From the IMG/VR virus record IMGVR_UViG_3300036770_008730: a stretch of 64,000 bases of DNA; one strand, written 5' to 3'. A model generated the notes under the pieces. It did not search any database. It was not told the origin of the DNA and saw only the letters and a program-made list of their open reading frames with translations. Source of the stretch: a virus. Lineage: Duplodnaviria > Caudoviricetes. Positions within the stretch are counted from its first letter, which is position 1. Every line of letters begins with the position of its first letter. Position numbers and translations under genes: made by a program. Below are positions 10,234 to 18,871 of this stretch, one piece after another.

Positions 10234-10998
10234 ATGGTAATGTATAAATTTTATGAATTCAAATCTTCAGACTTTGATCCTATAAAATCTTTTTATCTTA
10301 AAGATGAGTTGAATCCAAAGTTGTGGGAAAATTTCAGATTGGATAAAGAAGTGAGAGAAAACTTACTTACAATCGCGCAGGATTTTTTCGAGAATGTTAA
10401 GATTGATGCTGAGGTTAAAGATATAGCACTTTGTGGATCATTATGTAATTATAATTGGTCTGAAAAGTATTCTGATTTTGACCTACACATAATAATTAAT
10501 TTTTCTGATGTTGATGAAAATTATGAACTGGTTGAAAATCTTTGTGATTATGCTAAGAAGATATGGAATGAACAACATGATATTAAAATAAAAGGATATG
10601 AAGTTGAAATTGCTATTCAAGATGAAGATGATTTGAAAAAGGGTATTTCTCAAGGTAGAATGGGTGGTGTTTTTTCACTTATGAATAATAAGTGGATAAA
10701 AAGGCCTGAAAAAGCTGACTTTGAACCAGATGAAAAGATGATAAAAGAAAAATCCAAATCTTTAATGATACAAATTGATGATATTGAAGATGAAGTGGAT
10801 GAGGATAAATATGAGTCTTTCAAAAATAAAATTGATAAAGTCTGGAAGAAAATAAAAGACTATAGACAGAGTGGTTTACTCAGTGAGAGTGGTGAGTATT
10901 CAGTTGGTAATTTAGTTTTTAAATTATTAAGACGTAATGGATACATTGGTAAGGTTATGGATCTTAAAAGATATGCTTATGATAAACAATTCAAATAA
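10234..10998 (+). CDS. Nucleotidyltransferase-fold protein (pol beta superfamily); start probably 10234 or 10240 rather than 10102
   Basis: GSLCNYNW..SDFDLHI (GS...DxD) motif plus a later acidic residue in VEIAIQD; ATG lies just after AATATATA at 10218. Confidence 0.65.
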   Translation: MVMYKFYEFKSSDFDPIKSFYLKDELNPKLWENFRLDKEVRENLLTIAQDFFENVKIDAEVKDIALCGSLCNYNWSEKYSDFDLHIIINFSDVDENYELVENLCDYAKKIWNEQHDIKIKGYEVEIAIQDEDDLKKGISQGRMGGVFSLMNNKWIKRPEKADFEPDEKMIKEKSKSLMIQIDDIEDEVDEDKYESFKNKIDKVWKKIKDYRQSGLLSESGEYSVGNLVFKLLRRNGYIGKVMDLKRYAYDKQFK

Positions 10999-11000
10999 TT

Positions 11001-11696
11001 ATGGATATTAAAATTCAGGAAATAGAACAAACATTCAAAGATATATTTGAAGAAGAAGACGGTGTAGTAAGCTCCGTAGACACTGTTTATGAAACACCTG
11101 AAGAAGGAGACTTTCTAAAGTTGATTATTTCTATACAAGGTCTATCGGTTCAAGATATCTCAATTATTCACACGAAATTCATTTTTAAAGTTGATACTGG
11201 TAAAAAGAATCTAATAGAGAATTCTTTTATTTATCTTTATGATATAAATTGCGTTTATCATAAAATTGAGTTTTCAAATATACTTGACTTAAAAAGTAAG
11301 ATAGAAGAGATTATAGAATCGAATAATTTCGGAGAGGATCTTCAAATTTTATCTGATTTCATAGAGGCACCTGCGATGTTTTTGAATTATTACATGAGAA
11401 GGGCTAATATAACTGAGTATTCTGTTTTTGATGTTGAGTATGAACCAAAGTTCAAAATACAACCTTGTGATAAAACTACTTTTGATTTTAAAATCAATAT
11501 TAATAATAATTATAATATAGAGTTGTCAATTAGTAAAGTTGATAGACAAGAGGAGGATGAGGTAGATTCATATAAATTTCAATTCAAATTTATGGATGAG
11601 ATTCAAACTGTTCAAACTGATACGCTTAAAAATGTTCACTTTTTTATAGGAAATAATATAGCCAAGCTTTTGGATAAAAAATTGAAAAATAAATAA
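11001..11696 (+). CDS. Hypothetical protein
   Basis: 231-aa ORF coupled to the upstream gene. Confidence 0.6.
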   Translation: MDIKIQEIEQTFKDIFEEEDGVVSSVDTVYETPEEGDFLKLIISIQGLSVQDISIIHTKFIFKVDTGKKNLIENSFIYLYDINCVYHKIEFSNILDLKSKIEEIIESNNFGEDLQILSDFIEAPAMFLNYYMRRANITEYSVFDVEYEPKFKIQPCDKTTFDFKININNNYNIELSISKVDRQEEDEVDSYKFQFKFMDEIQTVQTDTLKNVHFFIGNNIAKLLDKKLKNK

Positions 11697-11708
11697 AATA
11701 TATACTCT

Positions 11709-12107
11709 ATGATAAAGAAATGGAACGAATATAACGAAGAAGTCTCTTGGTTTTCGAAAAAAGAAGAAAAACCTTCTGACATAACTCCAAAGGGTATAAT
11801 GTCTACTGTTTATCCAGAAGGTGGTAAATTAACATCATATTCTGATGTAAAGGTAAATCCACCACAAAAAAATCCATTAGTTGATGATAAAGTTGATAAA
11901 TCTCTAATACAAGAAATATCTGATAGACTATATGGACCTGATTCGGAAGAATATATCGCAGCTATAAAAGAACTGAATAGTAAATTCAGAAGAGCTAATG
12001 TTTTAGTGGGTCATCAAATGAGAAATCAAGATACCGTGGAAAGAGAAAAACGTAGAGCTGAAGCTGAGCGTGAACTTGCTAACAAATATGGTAGAACTAA
12101 TCCATAA
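11709..12107 (+). CDS. Hypothetical protein with capsid-targeting-like N-terminus (MIKKWNEYNEE)
   Basis: 132-aa ORF 4 nt after AATATATA. Confidence 0.55.
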   Translation: MIKKWNEYNEEVSWFSKKEEKPSDITPKGIMSTVYPEGGKLTSYSDVKVNPPQKNPLVDDKVDKSLIQEISDRLYGPDSEEYIAAIKELNSKFRRANVLVGHQMRNQDTVEREKRRAEAERELANKYGRTNP

Positions 12108-12164
12108 TTCAATTTTAGGGACTATTCATTTTTAATATATAAATAAATTTTTATTTAAAAATAA

Positions 12165-13862
12165 ATGGCTTCTTATAATAACTTCAATAGCTCTTCAAAT
12201 ACCGGTGGTTTTATTCAAAATTCAGCTGTTGAAAACAAAGGTTTATTCAGTAGAATACTAAGAAATCTATCATCATATGGTATGAATTATGATGATATGA
12301 TTATTCGTAATCAAGTTGGTATTGGTGTTAATGAAGATCCATATGCTGCAAGAGGAAATTCAATGTATGATTTTTTTTCACAGAGAGCTGTAGCTTCTGT
12401 TTTGAATCGAAAATCAATTCCTTATTTAGATAAATCTTATGCTGATAAAAGAAGAATTTTAAGAGAGTATTCTATAAAAGATGAGATACGAGACTTTGTA
12501 AGTTCTCTTTCAGATGAATGTATTATTTACAATGATGAGAGAGATTTTTGTTTTCCAAAAAAAATATCAAATGAATATCCTCAGGAAATTCAAGATAAAT
12601 ATCAAGAATACTTTGAAAAAGTCTATATTAAGTATGGATTTAGTGATAATATCAGTGCTTGGAGTATGATGAAAGACTTCCTTATTGATGGTTATTTAGC
12701 AGTAGAGATAGTCTATGATGATAAAAAGAAAAATATTATTGCTTTCAATAGATTAAGACCTGAGACTTTAGTTCCAGCATATGAACCAAATGTTGGTCAT
12801 CTTTGGATTCAATTTCCAGAAGATCCACAATTAAGAAGAATATTTTTAGATTCTCAAATTGTTTTTATTTCTTACTCTTCTCAGAACGATTATAGTGAGA
12901 CTTCCTATGTTGAGGGTTTAATTAAACCATATAATCAGTTAAAGATTTTAGAACAAACTAGAATTATGTTTAACGTTATTAATGCTACTATGTATCAAAA
13001 GTTTACTATACCAATTAAAGGTATGTCAAGACAAAGAGCTGAAGAGCAAATTGGGCAATTGATACAGGATTACTCAGAGGAAGTAGAATGGGATGATACA
13101 CTTGGTACGTTAAGCATCAATGGTTCAAAACATTTACCTTATAATAAGCAGATTTGGTTTCCTGATGGTGATGCTGGTACACCTAATATGGAATTAGTTA
13201 GTCAAGAAGGTCATAACTTGAATGAACAGGATATGTTGACTTGGTTTTTTAATGCTCTTAAAAGAGCGTCGAGAATACCACTTCAAAGATTTGAAAAAGA
13301 AAGTGGTGGTGGTAATTTAATTACTGATGCTGCTGAGATGACAAGAGATGAGATTAAGTTTTATAATTTTATCAATAGAATAAGGGCTAATTTCAAAGAG
13401 TTAATAGTTAAGCCTCTTAAATTACAAATGTTAATTGAATTTCCAGAATTAAAAGATGATGAGGTTTTCATAAATCAAATAGACATTGGATTCAATACTA
13501 ATCAAGTTTTTGAAGAGTGGAAGAAACTGAATAATATGAGTAAGAAGGCCGAGATTTTTGGAACTTTAATTGGTATTATGAATGGTGAAAAGCCTTATTT
13601 CCATATCGAGTATTTAATTGATAATGTTTTCAAACTTACGGCTGAAGAAAAGGCTGAGAATCAAAAGTATTGGGCTAAGGATGCGGCCGCTGCTGGTGCC
13701 GCTGCTCCCGCTGAGGGTGGTGCTCCTGCTGAAGGTGGTGGTGAAGCTCCTCCTGCTGAGGGTGGTGAAGCTCCTCCTGCTGAGGGTGGTGGTGAAGCTC
13801 CTCCTGCTGAGGGTGGTGGTGAAGCTCCTCCTGCTGAAGGTGGTGGTGAATTTGAATTTTAA
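12165..13862 (+). CDS. gp20: Portal protein (T4 gp20-like) with a disordered repeat C-tail
   Basis: FLIDGYLAVEIVYD, RIMFNVINA, LTWFFNALKRASRIPLQRF and ITRDEIKF-like (MTRDEIKF) motifs of gp20 portals; upstream of protease and capsid genes. Confidence 0.85.
   Translation: MASYNNFNSSSNTGGFIQNSAVENKGLFSRILRNLSSYGMNYDDMIIRNQVGIGVNEDPYAARGNSMYDFFSQRAVASVLNRKSIPYLDKSYADKRRILREYSIKDEIRDFVSSLSDECIIYNDERDFCFPKKISNEYPQEIQDKYQEYFEKVYIKYGFSDNISAWSMMKDFLIDGYLAVEIVYDDKKKNIIAFNRLRPETLVPAYEPNVGHLWIQFPEDPQLRRIFLDSQIVFISYSSQNDYSETSYVEGLIKPYNQLKILEQTRIMFNVINATMYQKFTIPIKGMSRQRAEEQIGQLIQDYSEEVEWDDTLGTLSINGSKHLPYNKQIWFPDGDAGTPNMELVSQEGHNLNEQDMLTWFFNALKRASRIPLQRFEKESGGGNLITDAAEMTRDEIKFYNFINRIRANFKELIVKPLKLQMLIEFPELKDDEVFINQIDIGFNTNQVFEEWKKLNNMSKKAEIFGTLIGIMNGEKPYFHIEYLIDNVFKLTAEEKAENQKYWAKDAAAAGAAAPAEGGAPAEGGGEAPPAEGGEAPPAEGGGEAPPAEGGGEAPPAEGGGEFEF
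13710..13850 (+). repeat. GC-rich coding tandem repeat GCTGAGGGTGGT(GGT)GAAGCTCCTCCT encoding AEGG(G)EAPP
   Basis: About 5 copies directly visible at the portal 3' end. Confidence 0.9.
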
Positions 13863-13868
13863 TAGAAT

Positions 13869-13896
13869 AAAAAAACCTATCATTTTGATAGGTTTT
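13869..13896. terminator. Bidirectional intrinsic terminator
   Basis: AAAACCTATCA-TTT-TGATAGGTTTT between convergent genes. Confidence 0.8.
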
Positions 13897-14272
13897 ATTG
13901 TTTTCTGGATATATTATCAACTCCGTATTTCTCAATTAGAGTTGATTTCATTTTGTTCAAAACTTTTTTATTTTGTATTGGATAATCAACACCAAAGTTT
14001 TTTTGTAAGGTTTTTTTCCTCTTATACTCTGAACATCTTCTACATAAATACTCTCCCCATTTATTATCATATTTTATGTAATTTTTGAATATTACGGATT
14101 TTTCTATTCCACAGTTATCGCATTTGCAAACTATTTTATAATGAGAACCTTTTGACATTAATTCAATCGGAATGATAACTTCTTCTCCTATTGTTACGTC
14201 ATAACCTAAATCTTCGTAGTAGTGATAATTGGACTCACTTATTTTTATTGTTATTTCTCTTGTTAGAATCAT
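13895..14272 (-). CDS. Homing-endonuclease-derived zinc-ribbon DNA-binding protein without a nuclease domain
   Basis: CKCDNC..CRRC and FGVDYP/KYGVDNIS repeats of the type seen in ORF 48611; the ORF ends right after them. Confidence 0.55.
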   Translation of the reverse strand: MILTREITIKISESNYHYYEDLGYDVTIGEEVIIPIELMSKGSHYKIVCKCDNCGIEKSVIFKNYIKYDNKWGEYLCRRCSEYKRKKTLQKNFGVDYPIQNKKVLNKMKSTLIEKYGVDNISRKQ

Positions 14273-14355
14273 AAAAAACCACTTAATTTCTTTTATTTAT
14301 AAAAATATCTAATCTCTCTCTAAAACTTTAAGCTGTTTAATTTTTCAAATGACTG

Positions 14356-14402
14356 TAAAAAATCCACCATTGAAAAATATACGATTTTTGAGTCAATATA
14401 TA
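14356..14402 (+). promoter_or_regulatory. Head-gene promoter: TAAAAAATCCACC-N4-AAAAATA-N15-AATATATA
   Basis: Same architecture recurs at 16600-16647. Confidence 0.65.
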
Positions 14403-14429
14403 ATCTACCACAAAAAATAATTATTTTAA

Positions 14430-16595
14430 ATGAAACCGGTTCTAATCGTAGAAAATTCAACTTCTTCTCTTCTCAGAGAGAATAATAGTGGCAGAAAAGA
14501 TTATGTGTTAGGTGGTACTTTTACAGAGTTTGGTGTTAAAAACCGTAACGAAAGAGTATATACAGCAGATAAATTTCTTCCAGCATTAGATGAACTTAAT
14601 GAGAGAATGAAAACGCTTGGTGCAGTTTACGGAGAATTCGATCATCCAGATGTTTTTGATACATCTTTATCAAGAGCATCACACGTTATCACAAAGGCAG
14701 AATACTTAAAAGAATCCAATAAAGTTACTGGTGAAATCAGACTACTTAGTACATATTGGGGTAAAGAAGCTAAGTCTTTGGTAGATGATGGATGTCCTGT
14801 CTTCGTATCTTCAAGAGCGGCTGGTGTTACAGAGTCTGATGGTTCTGTTTCTCTAAAAAAATTGTTCACATATGACATCGTTGCTGACCCAGGTTTTGCT
14901 TCTGCAAAAATGAGTGTTAAAAGTCTTAACGAGTCACTTGGATACAACCCAAAATCTAACTTTAGGATATATGAAATGTCCGATGAGTCCAAAATAAATG
15001 AACTATTCAATATGAATAAAGATGAATTTGTAACAAAAAAACAATTAACTGATTACTCTAAATATTTAGTTAATGAATTAGCTTCTACAAAGAAAGAAGT
15101 TAAGAGTGCAATTTCAAAAGGGAATATGAATCCTAAGAAATTGGAGCAGTTACTTGAATACTACGAAGAATTAAATAAGACAAACGGTCAAGTTGTTAAA
15201 TACTTAGACTATTTGGCTGAGAAAGTACAAGTAATGGTAAATGAAAACAAGTCTTTAAAAGCGACTACTGATAAACTTATTAAACACAATGATTATTTAG
15301 CAGAGAATTTAGAAAAAGCGGTAAACTATTCTGAATACTTAGCAGAAAATCTTGACAAAAACATTGAGTATTCTGAATACTTAGCAGAAAACTTAGATAG
15401 AAATATTTCTTATTCTGAGTATATCGCTGAAAATTTAGATAAAAACATTTCTTATTCTGAATACTTAGCAGAAAACTTAGATAAGAATATTGCTTACTCT
15501 GAGTATATCGCAGAAAACTTAGATAAGAATATCGCTTATTCTGAGTATATCGCAGAAAACTTAGACAAAAACATTGGATATTCTGAATATTTAGCTGAGC
15601 ATGTTGACAATTCAATTGCTTATTCTGAATATTTAGCTGAGCATGTTGAAGGTAACATCGCTTACTCTGAATACATTGCTGAACATTTAGATGATAACAT
15701 TGCTTATTCTGAGTATATCGCAGAAAATCTTGATAAATCAATTTCTTATCAGTCACTAATTACTGAAAAATTAAATGGTACAAGATTAAACGAAAATAAT
15801 GATCATGACGCTTTACCTGGAGTAAATGTTGTTGGTATTGAAAATGTTGAAGATGCTGACAATGATGATAATTGTGGACCAGTTAAAAATAATGATGGAG
15901 ACGATGATGATGCTGACTTAGCTGGTATCAGTCATGGTAATCCAGAAAATAAATGGAATAAAGAAAATAATGATGGAGACGGTGATGCTGATGGAGATGC
16001 TGATGCTGATGCTGATGGAGACGGAGCTTATGGACATGATGGTGCACATAACAACGCTCACTTAGAAGGTAACTCTGATTCTGAATTATCAAAATCTATT
16101 AATAAATTAATTGAAGAAGCTAAAAAACGTAAAGTTTCTGAAACAACTGACTTGAATTTCTTAAAGTTCTTAAACAAGTCACAAGTTGATAGCTTTTATG
16201 CACTTACAGAGAGTGAACAAGAAACTGTTAAACTTCACATAAACGAAAGAAGTTATTTCACACAAAAAGAAGTATTGTCTCTAATTGCAGAAGCTTTGTC
16301 TACAAAGAATGAATCTATCGAAGAAAGAGTAATCAGATTGATGCCTGAAAACATTAAGCCAATCTGGAATCAGTTAAATGAGTCTTCTAAAAAATCAGTG
16401 CTTTCACAAGCTAGATTATATCCAGAAGATGTATTAAAAACTGAAAATCAAGTTGAACATTTCTGGTTAACCAGAAATCTCAAAAAAAATGAGTCTGTAA
16501 CTAAAAAGTTAGTAGCACACGAAAGTTTAATACAAGAAGATAAACTTTCAGATAAAGATGTGAAAGCTATTATGGAAAGATTCAAAACAATTTAA
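14430..16595 (+). CDS. gp21: Prohead protease (T4 gp21-like) fused to a scaffold-like coiled-coil region
   Basis: GVKNRNERVY, YGEFDHP, VFVSSRAAG, TYDIVADPGF protease motifs; followed by 14-aa YSEYLAENLDKNIx repeats. Confidence 0.85.
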   Translation: MKPVLIVENSTSSLLRENNSGRKDYVLGGTFTEFGVKNRNERVYTADKFLPALDELNERMKTLGAVYGEFDHPDVFDTSLSRASHVITKAEYLKESNKVTGEIRLLSTYWGKEAKSLVDDGCPVFVSSRAAGVTESDGSVSLKKLFTYDIVADPGFASAKMSVKSLNESLGYNPKSNFRIYEMSDESKINELFNMNKDEFVTKKQLTDYSKYLVNELASTKKEVKSAISKGNMNPKKLEQLLEYYEELNKTNGQVVKYLDYLAEKVQVMVNENKSLKATTDKLIKHNDYLAENLEKAVNYSEYLAENLDKNIEYSEYLAENLDRNISYSEYIAENLDKNISYSEYLAENLDKNIAYSEYIAENLDKNIAYSEYIAENLDKNIGYSEYLAEHVDNSIAYSEYLAEHVEGNIAYSEYIAEHLDDNIAYSEYIAENLDKSISYQSLITEKLNGTRLNENNDHDALPGVNVVGIENVEDADNDDNCGPVKNNDGDDDDADLAGISHGNPENKWNKENNDGDGDADGDADADADGDGAYGHDGAHNNAHLEGNSDSELSKSINKLIEEAKKRKVSETTDLNFLKFLNKSQVDSFYALTESEQETVKLHINERSYFTQKEVLSLIAEALSTKNESIEERVIRLMPENIKPIWNQLNESSKKSVLSQARLYPEDVLKTENQVEHFWLTRNLKKNESVTKKLVAHESLIQEDKLSDKDVKAIMERFKTI
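15290..15760 (+). repeat. 42-bp coding tandem repeat (14 aa, two heptads): 10 YSEY units plus degenerate flanks
   Basis: TATTCTGA(A/G)TA(C/T)(T/A)T..GC.GAAAA..T.GA.AA.AA.AT. units read directly. Confidence 0.9.
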
Positions 16596-16599
16596 TCTA

Positions 16600-16647
16600 T
16601 AAAAAATCCACCTTAGTAAAAATAAGACTTTCAGGTGATAATATATA
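16600..16647 (+). promoter_or_regulatory. Head-gene promoter: TAAAAAATCCACC-N5-AAAAATA-N15-AATATATA
   Basis: Matches the element upstream of the protease gene. Confidence 0.65.
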
Positions 16648-16673
16648 GATAACAAAAAAAAATAAAAAACAAT

Positions 16674-18368
16674 ATGTCACACATTAGAATAGACAAACAA
16701 AAAGCAGTTAAGAAATGGGCTCCAGTGTTGGAGAACATGGGTGTAACTGGTGAGAGAGTTGACTGGATGGCTGAATACGCTGAGTTCCACTCAATTAATG
16801 AAAATGCATACGTAAACGCTTCTAACGTAGCGGGTATGGGTGCTGTTTTTAATCCAACTGTAGGTACATTAGCTGGTAGCCCAACATTAGGTGGAGCACT
16901 TGCTGGTTCTGGAGATGTAGGTCAAAACTTACTTCCTGTAGCTATGAAAATTGCAGCTCAAACAATCGGTTTAGATTTAGTAGCTGTAAAACCTTCTCCA
17001 GGTCCAAAAATTGACTTACTTTATATCGATTTCCGTTATGACGATACTCGTGAAGGTAACTTAGATGAGAGACCACAAGTTTTCAAATTTAATCAAACTA
17101 CTTGGTTATCTGCTATTCAAGCAGCAATCAGAGCTGATTTAACTGTTGCTGGTGGTGCTCCTGCTGCTATTAGCGAATCAACTGGTGGTTTATCAAACGG
17201 TAGAGTATGGTATAATATCAATGATGGTAGTGTAACTTATACTGATCCAGGTTCTGGTTCAAAAGCTAACTTAGTTGAGTTCTTAGGTTTCTCTCGTATT
17301 GATGGTTATCCAATGTTCAGAGCTTACAGACAAAATAATACAGCTCATACAGCTACTAACCCAGCTGGTGGTTCTACATTATGGTCATTTGATGCTACTA
17401 GAAATACATTCAATGCAACACAGTCAATGACTGATCAAATCGTATTAATCGCTGGTGTTACTGCTTCGGGTGGTGCTGTTGAATTAGTATCTGCTCTTGA
17501 AGATCATATCCCAGGTTTCTCTGCAAACTGGACATCTGCATCTTCTGGAAGTGCTGCTGGTTCTTATCCAATGTCTCGTCAAGATGATGATGATACATAT
17601 GCAGGTGTTATTGGTCCTAAGATTTCTTCTAAAACTATCGCAGTTGGTACTATTGAAGTATCTTCAGCTTTAAGAAGAACTGAAATCGAAGATATCAAAG
17701 CTAACACAGGTATGGATATCGTTCAAAAAATGGAATCTATCTTAGTTAATGAATTATCTCAAACAATCTCTAAGCAAATTGTTGCTAAGATTTTTGAAAT
17801 GGGTGCGTTAAACAGATCTACTGCTCCTTTAAGAAGTGGTGCATCTATCTTTGACTTAGATACAAATTATGCATATGGTGCTTCTAGTCCGGGTGGTGAA
17901 ACTACACACGCGGTTCAACGTAAGTTAATCACTAAGATTGCTCACGCTTCTAACTATATCGCAACTGAAGGTCGTGTTGGTCCTGCTCAATACCTTATCA
18001 CAAACGGGGGTCTTGCAGCTGCTTTATCTGATATTGCTGGTTATACAATTAACCCTTTAAAATCTAAAATGAATACACAAGGTCAACTTTACCCAGTTGG
18101 TTCAATCGGTGATATTTCAATTTATGTTGACCCATATATGAAGTACAACGATAACAGAATCGTTTTAGGTCGTAAAAATAATCCTGACCAACCAGGTATC
18201 ATTTTCGTTCCTTACTTAATGGCTCAGTCTATTTCGGTTATCTCTGAAGCTACATTCGCTCCAAGAATGTTGTTAAGAAGCCGTTACGCTGTAGCAGAAG
18301 TAGGTTGGTTCCCACAAAAACAGTTCATGCAAATCAATGTAACTGATGGACAAGGATTTCTTAACTAA
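16674..18368 (+). CDS. gp23: Major capsid protein (T4 gp23-like)
   Basis: KWAPVLE, AQTIGLDLVAVKP, LVNELSQTISK, IYVDPY, PGIIFVPY, APRMLLRSRYA motifs; high-expression codon use; strong terminator. Confidence 0.9.
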   Translation: MSHIRIDKQKAVKKWAPVLENMGVTGERVDWMAEYAEFHSINENAYVNASNVAGMGAVFNPTVGTLAGSPTLGGALAGSGDVGQNLLPVAMKIAAQTIGLDLVAVKPSPGPKIDLLYIDFRYDDTREGNLDERPQVFKFNQTTWLSAIQAAIRADLTVAGGAPAAISESTGGLSNGRVWYNINDGSVTYTDPGSGSKANLVEFLGFSRIDGYPMFRAYRQNNTAHTATNPAGGSTLWSFDATRNTFNATQSMTDQIVLIAGVTASGGAVELVSALEDHIPGFSANWTSASSGSAAGSYPMSRQDDDDTYAGVIGPKISSKTIAVGTIEVSSALRRTEIEDIKANTGMDIVQKMESILVNELSQTISKQIVAKIFEMGALNRSTAPLRSGASIFDLDTNYAYGASSPGGETTHAVQRKLITKIAHASNYIATEGRVGPAQYLITNGGLAAALSDIAGYTINPLKSKMNTQGQLYPVGSIGDISIYVDPYMKYNDNRIVLGRKNNPDQPGIIFVPYLMAQSISVISEATFAPRMLLRSRYAVAEVGWFPQKQFMQINVTDGQGFLN

Positions 18369-18380
18369 TTCTTAATAATC

Positions 18381-18416
18381 AAAAGAAAAAGACCCTTAAT
18401 GGGTCTTTTTTCTTTT
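18381..18416 (+). terminator. Intrinsic terminator after the capsid gene
   Basis: AAAAGAAAAAGACCC-TTAAT-GGGTCTTTTTTCTTTT. Confidence 0.85.
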
Positions 18417-18435
18417 TAAAATTAATATATACTCT

Positions 18436-18852
18436 ATGAAGTATATCAAATATTTTGAAGGTAAAAAAGATAAATTTCCTAATCTTAAAAAGATTGAAAA
18501 GGATGAATTTGTAATATATGTAGGTGGTGATGCTAAATCTAATGACTATCTCACCTTCAATATGGCTAATGATGATGATATTTGGTTACATGCTATGGGT
18601 CTTCCAGGAAGTCATGTTGTTATCAAAATTAAAAGTTCCCAGAATATACAAGAAAAAACTTTACCTACAGATGTAGTCTTAAGATTTGCAGCTGAGTTGG
18701 CTAAAAAACACAGTAAAGCGCCTAAAGATCAACCCTGTGATGTTAGATGGTGCCAAAGAAAGTTTGTCTATAAAACACCAAATATGAATACAGGTGAAGT
18801 TGGAATAGAAAAGCAAATAGAAATGGATCCTACCAAAAAGATTACAATTTAA
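18436..18852 (+). CDS. Stand-alone NFACT RNA-binding (NFACT-R/DUF814) domain protein
   Basis: IYVGGDAKSNDYLT..DDIWLHAMGLPGSHVVIK..AAELA motif of the RqcH/FbpA C-terminal domain. Confidence 0.8.
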   Translation: MKYIKYFEGKKDKFPNLKKIEKDEFVIYVGGDAKSNDYLTFNMANDDDIWLHAMGLPGSHVVIKIKSSQNIQEKTLPTDVVLRFAAELAKKHSKAPKDQPCDVRWCQRKFVYKTPNMNTGEVGIEKQIEMDPTKKITI

Positions 18853-18871
18853 TTTAATATATACTATTATT

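Noticed and set aside
13614-14088. ORFs 13614, 13618 and 13675 (including a poly-His/Gln one)
   Set aside because: Shadows of the portal C-terminal repeat
15290-15760. Possible CRISPR array (regular spacing)
   Set aside because: Degenerate in-frame coding repeats with no unique spacers; no CRISPR array or cas gene was seen in the window
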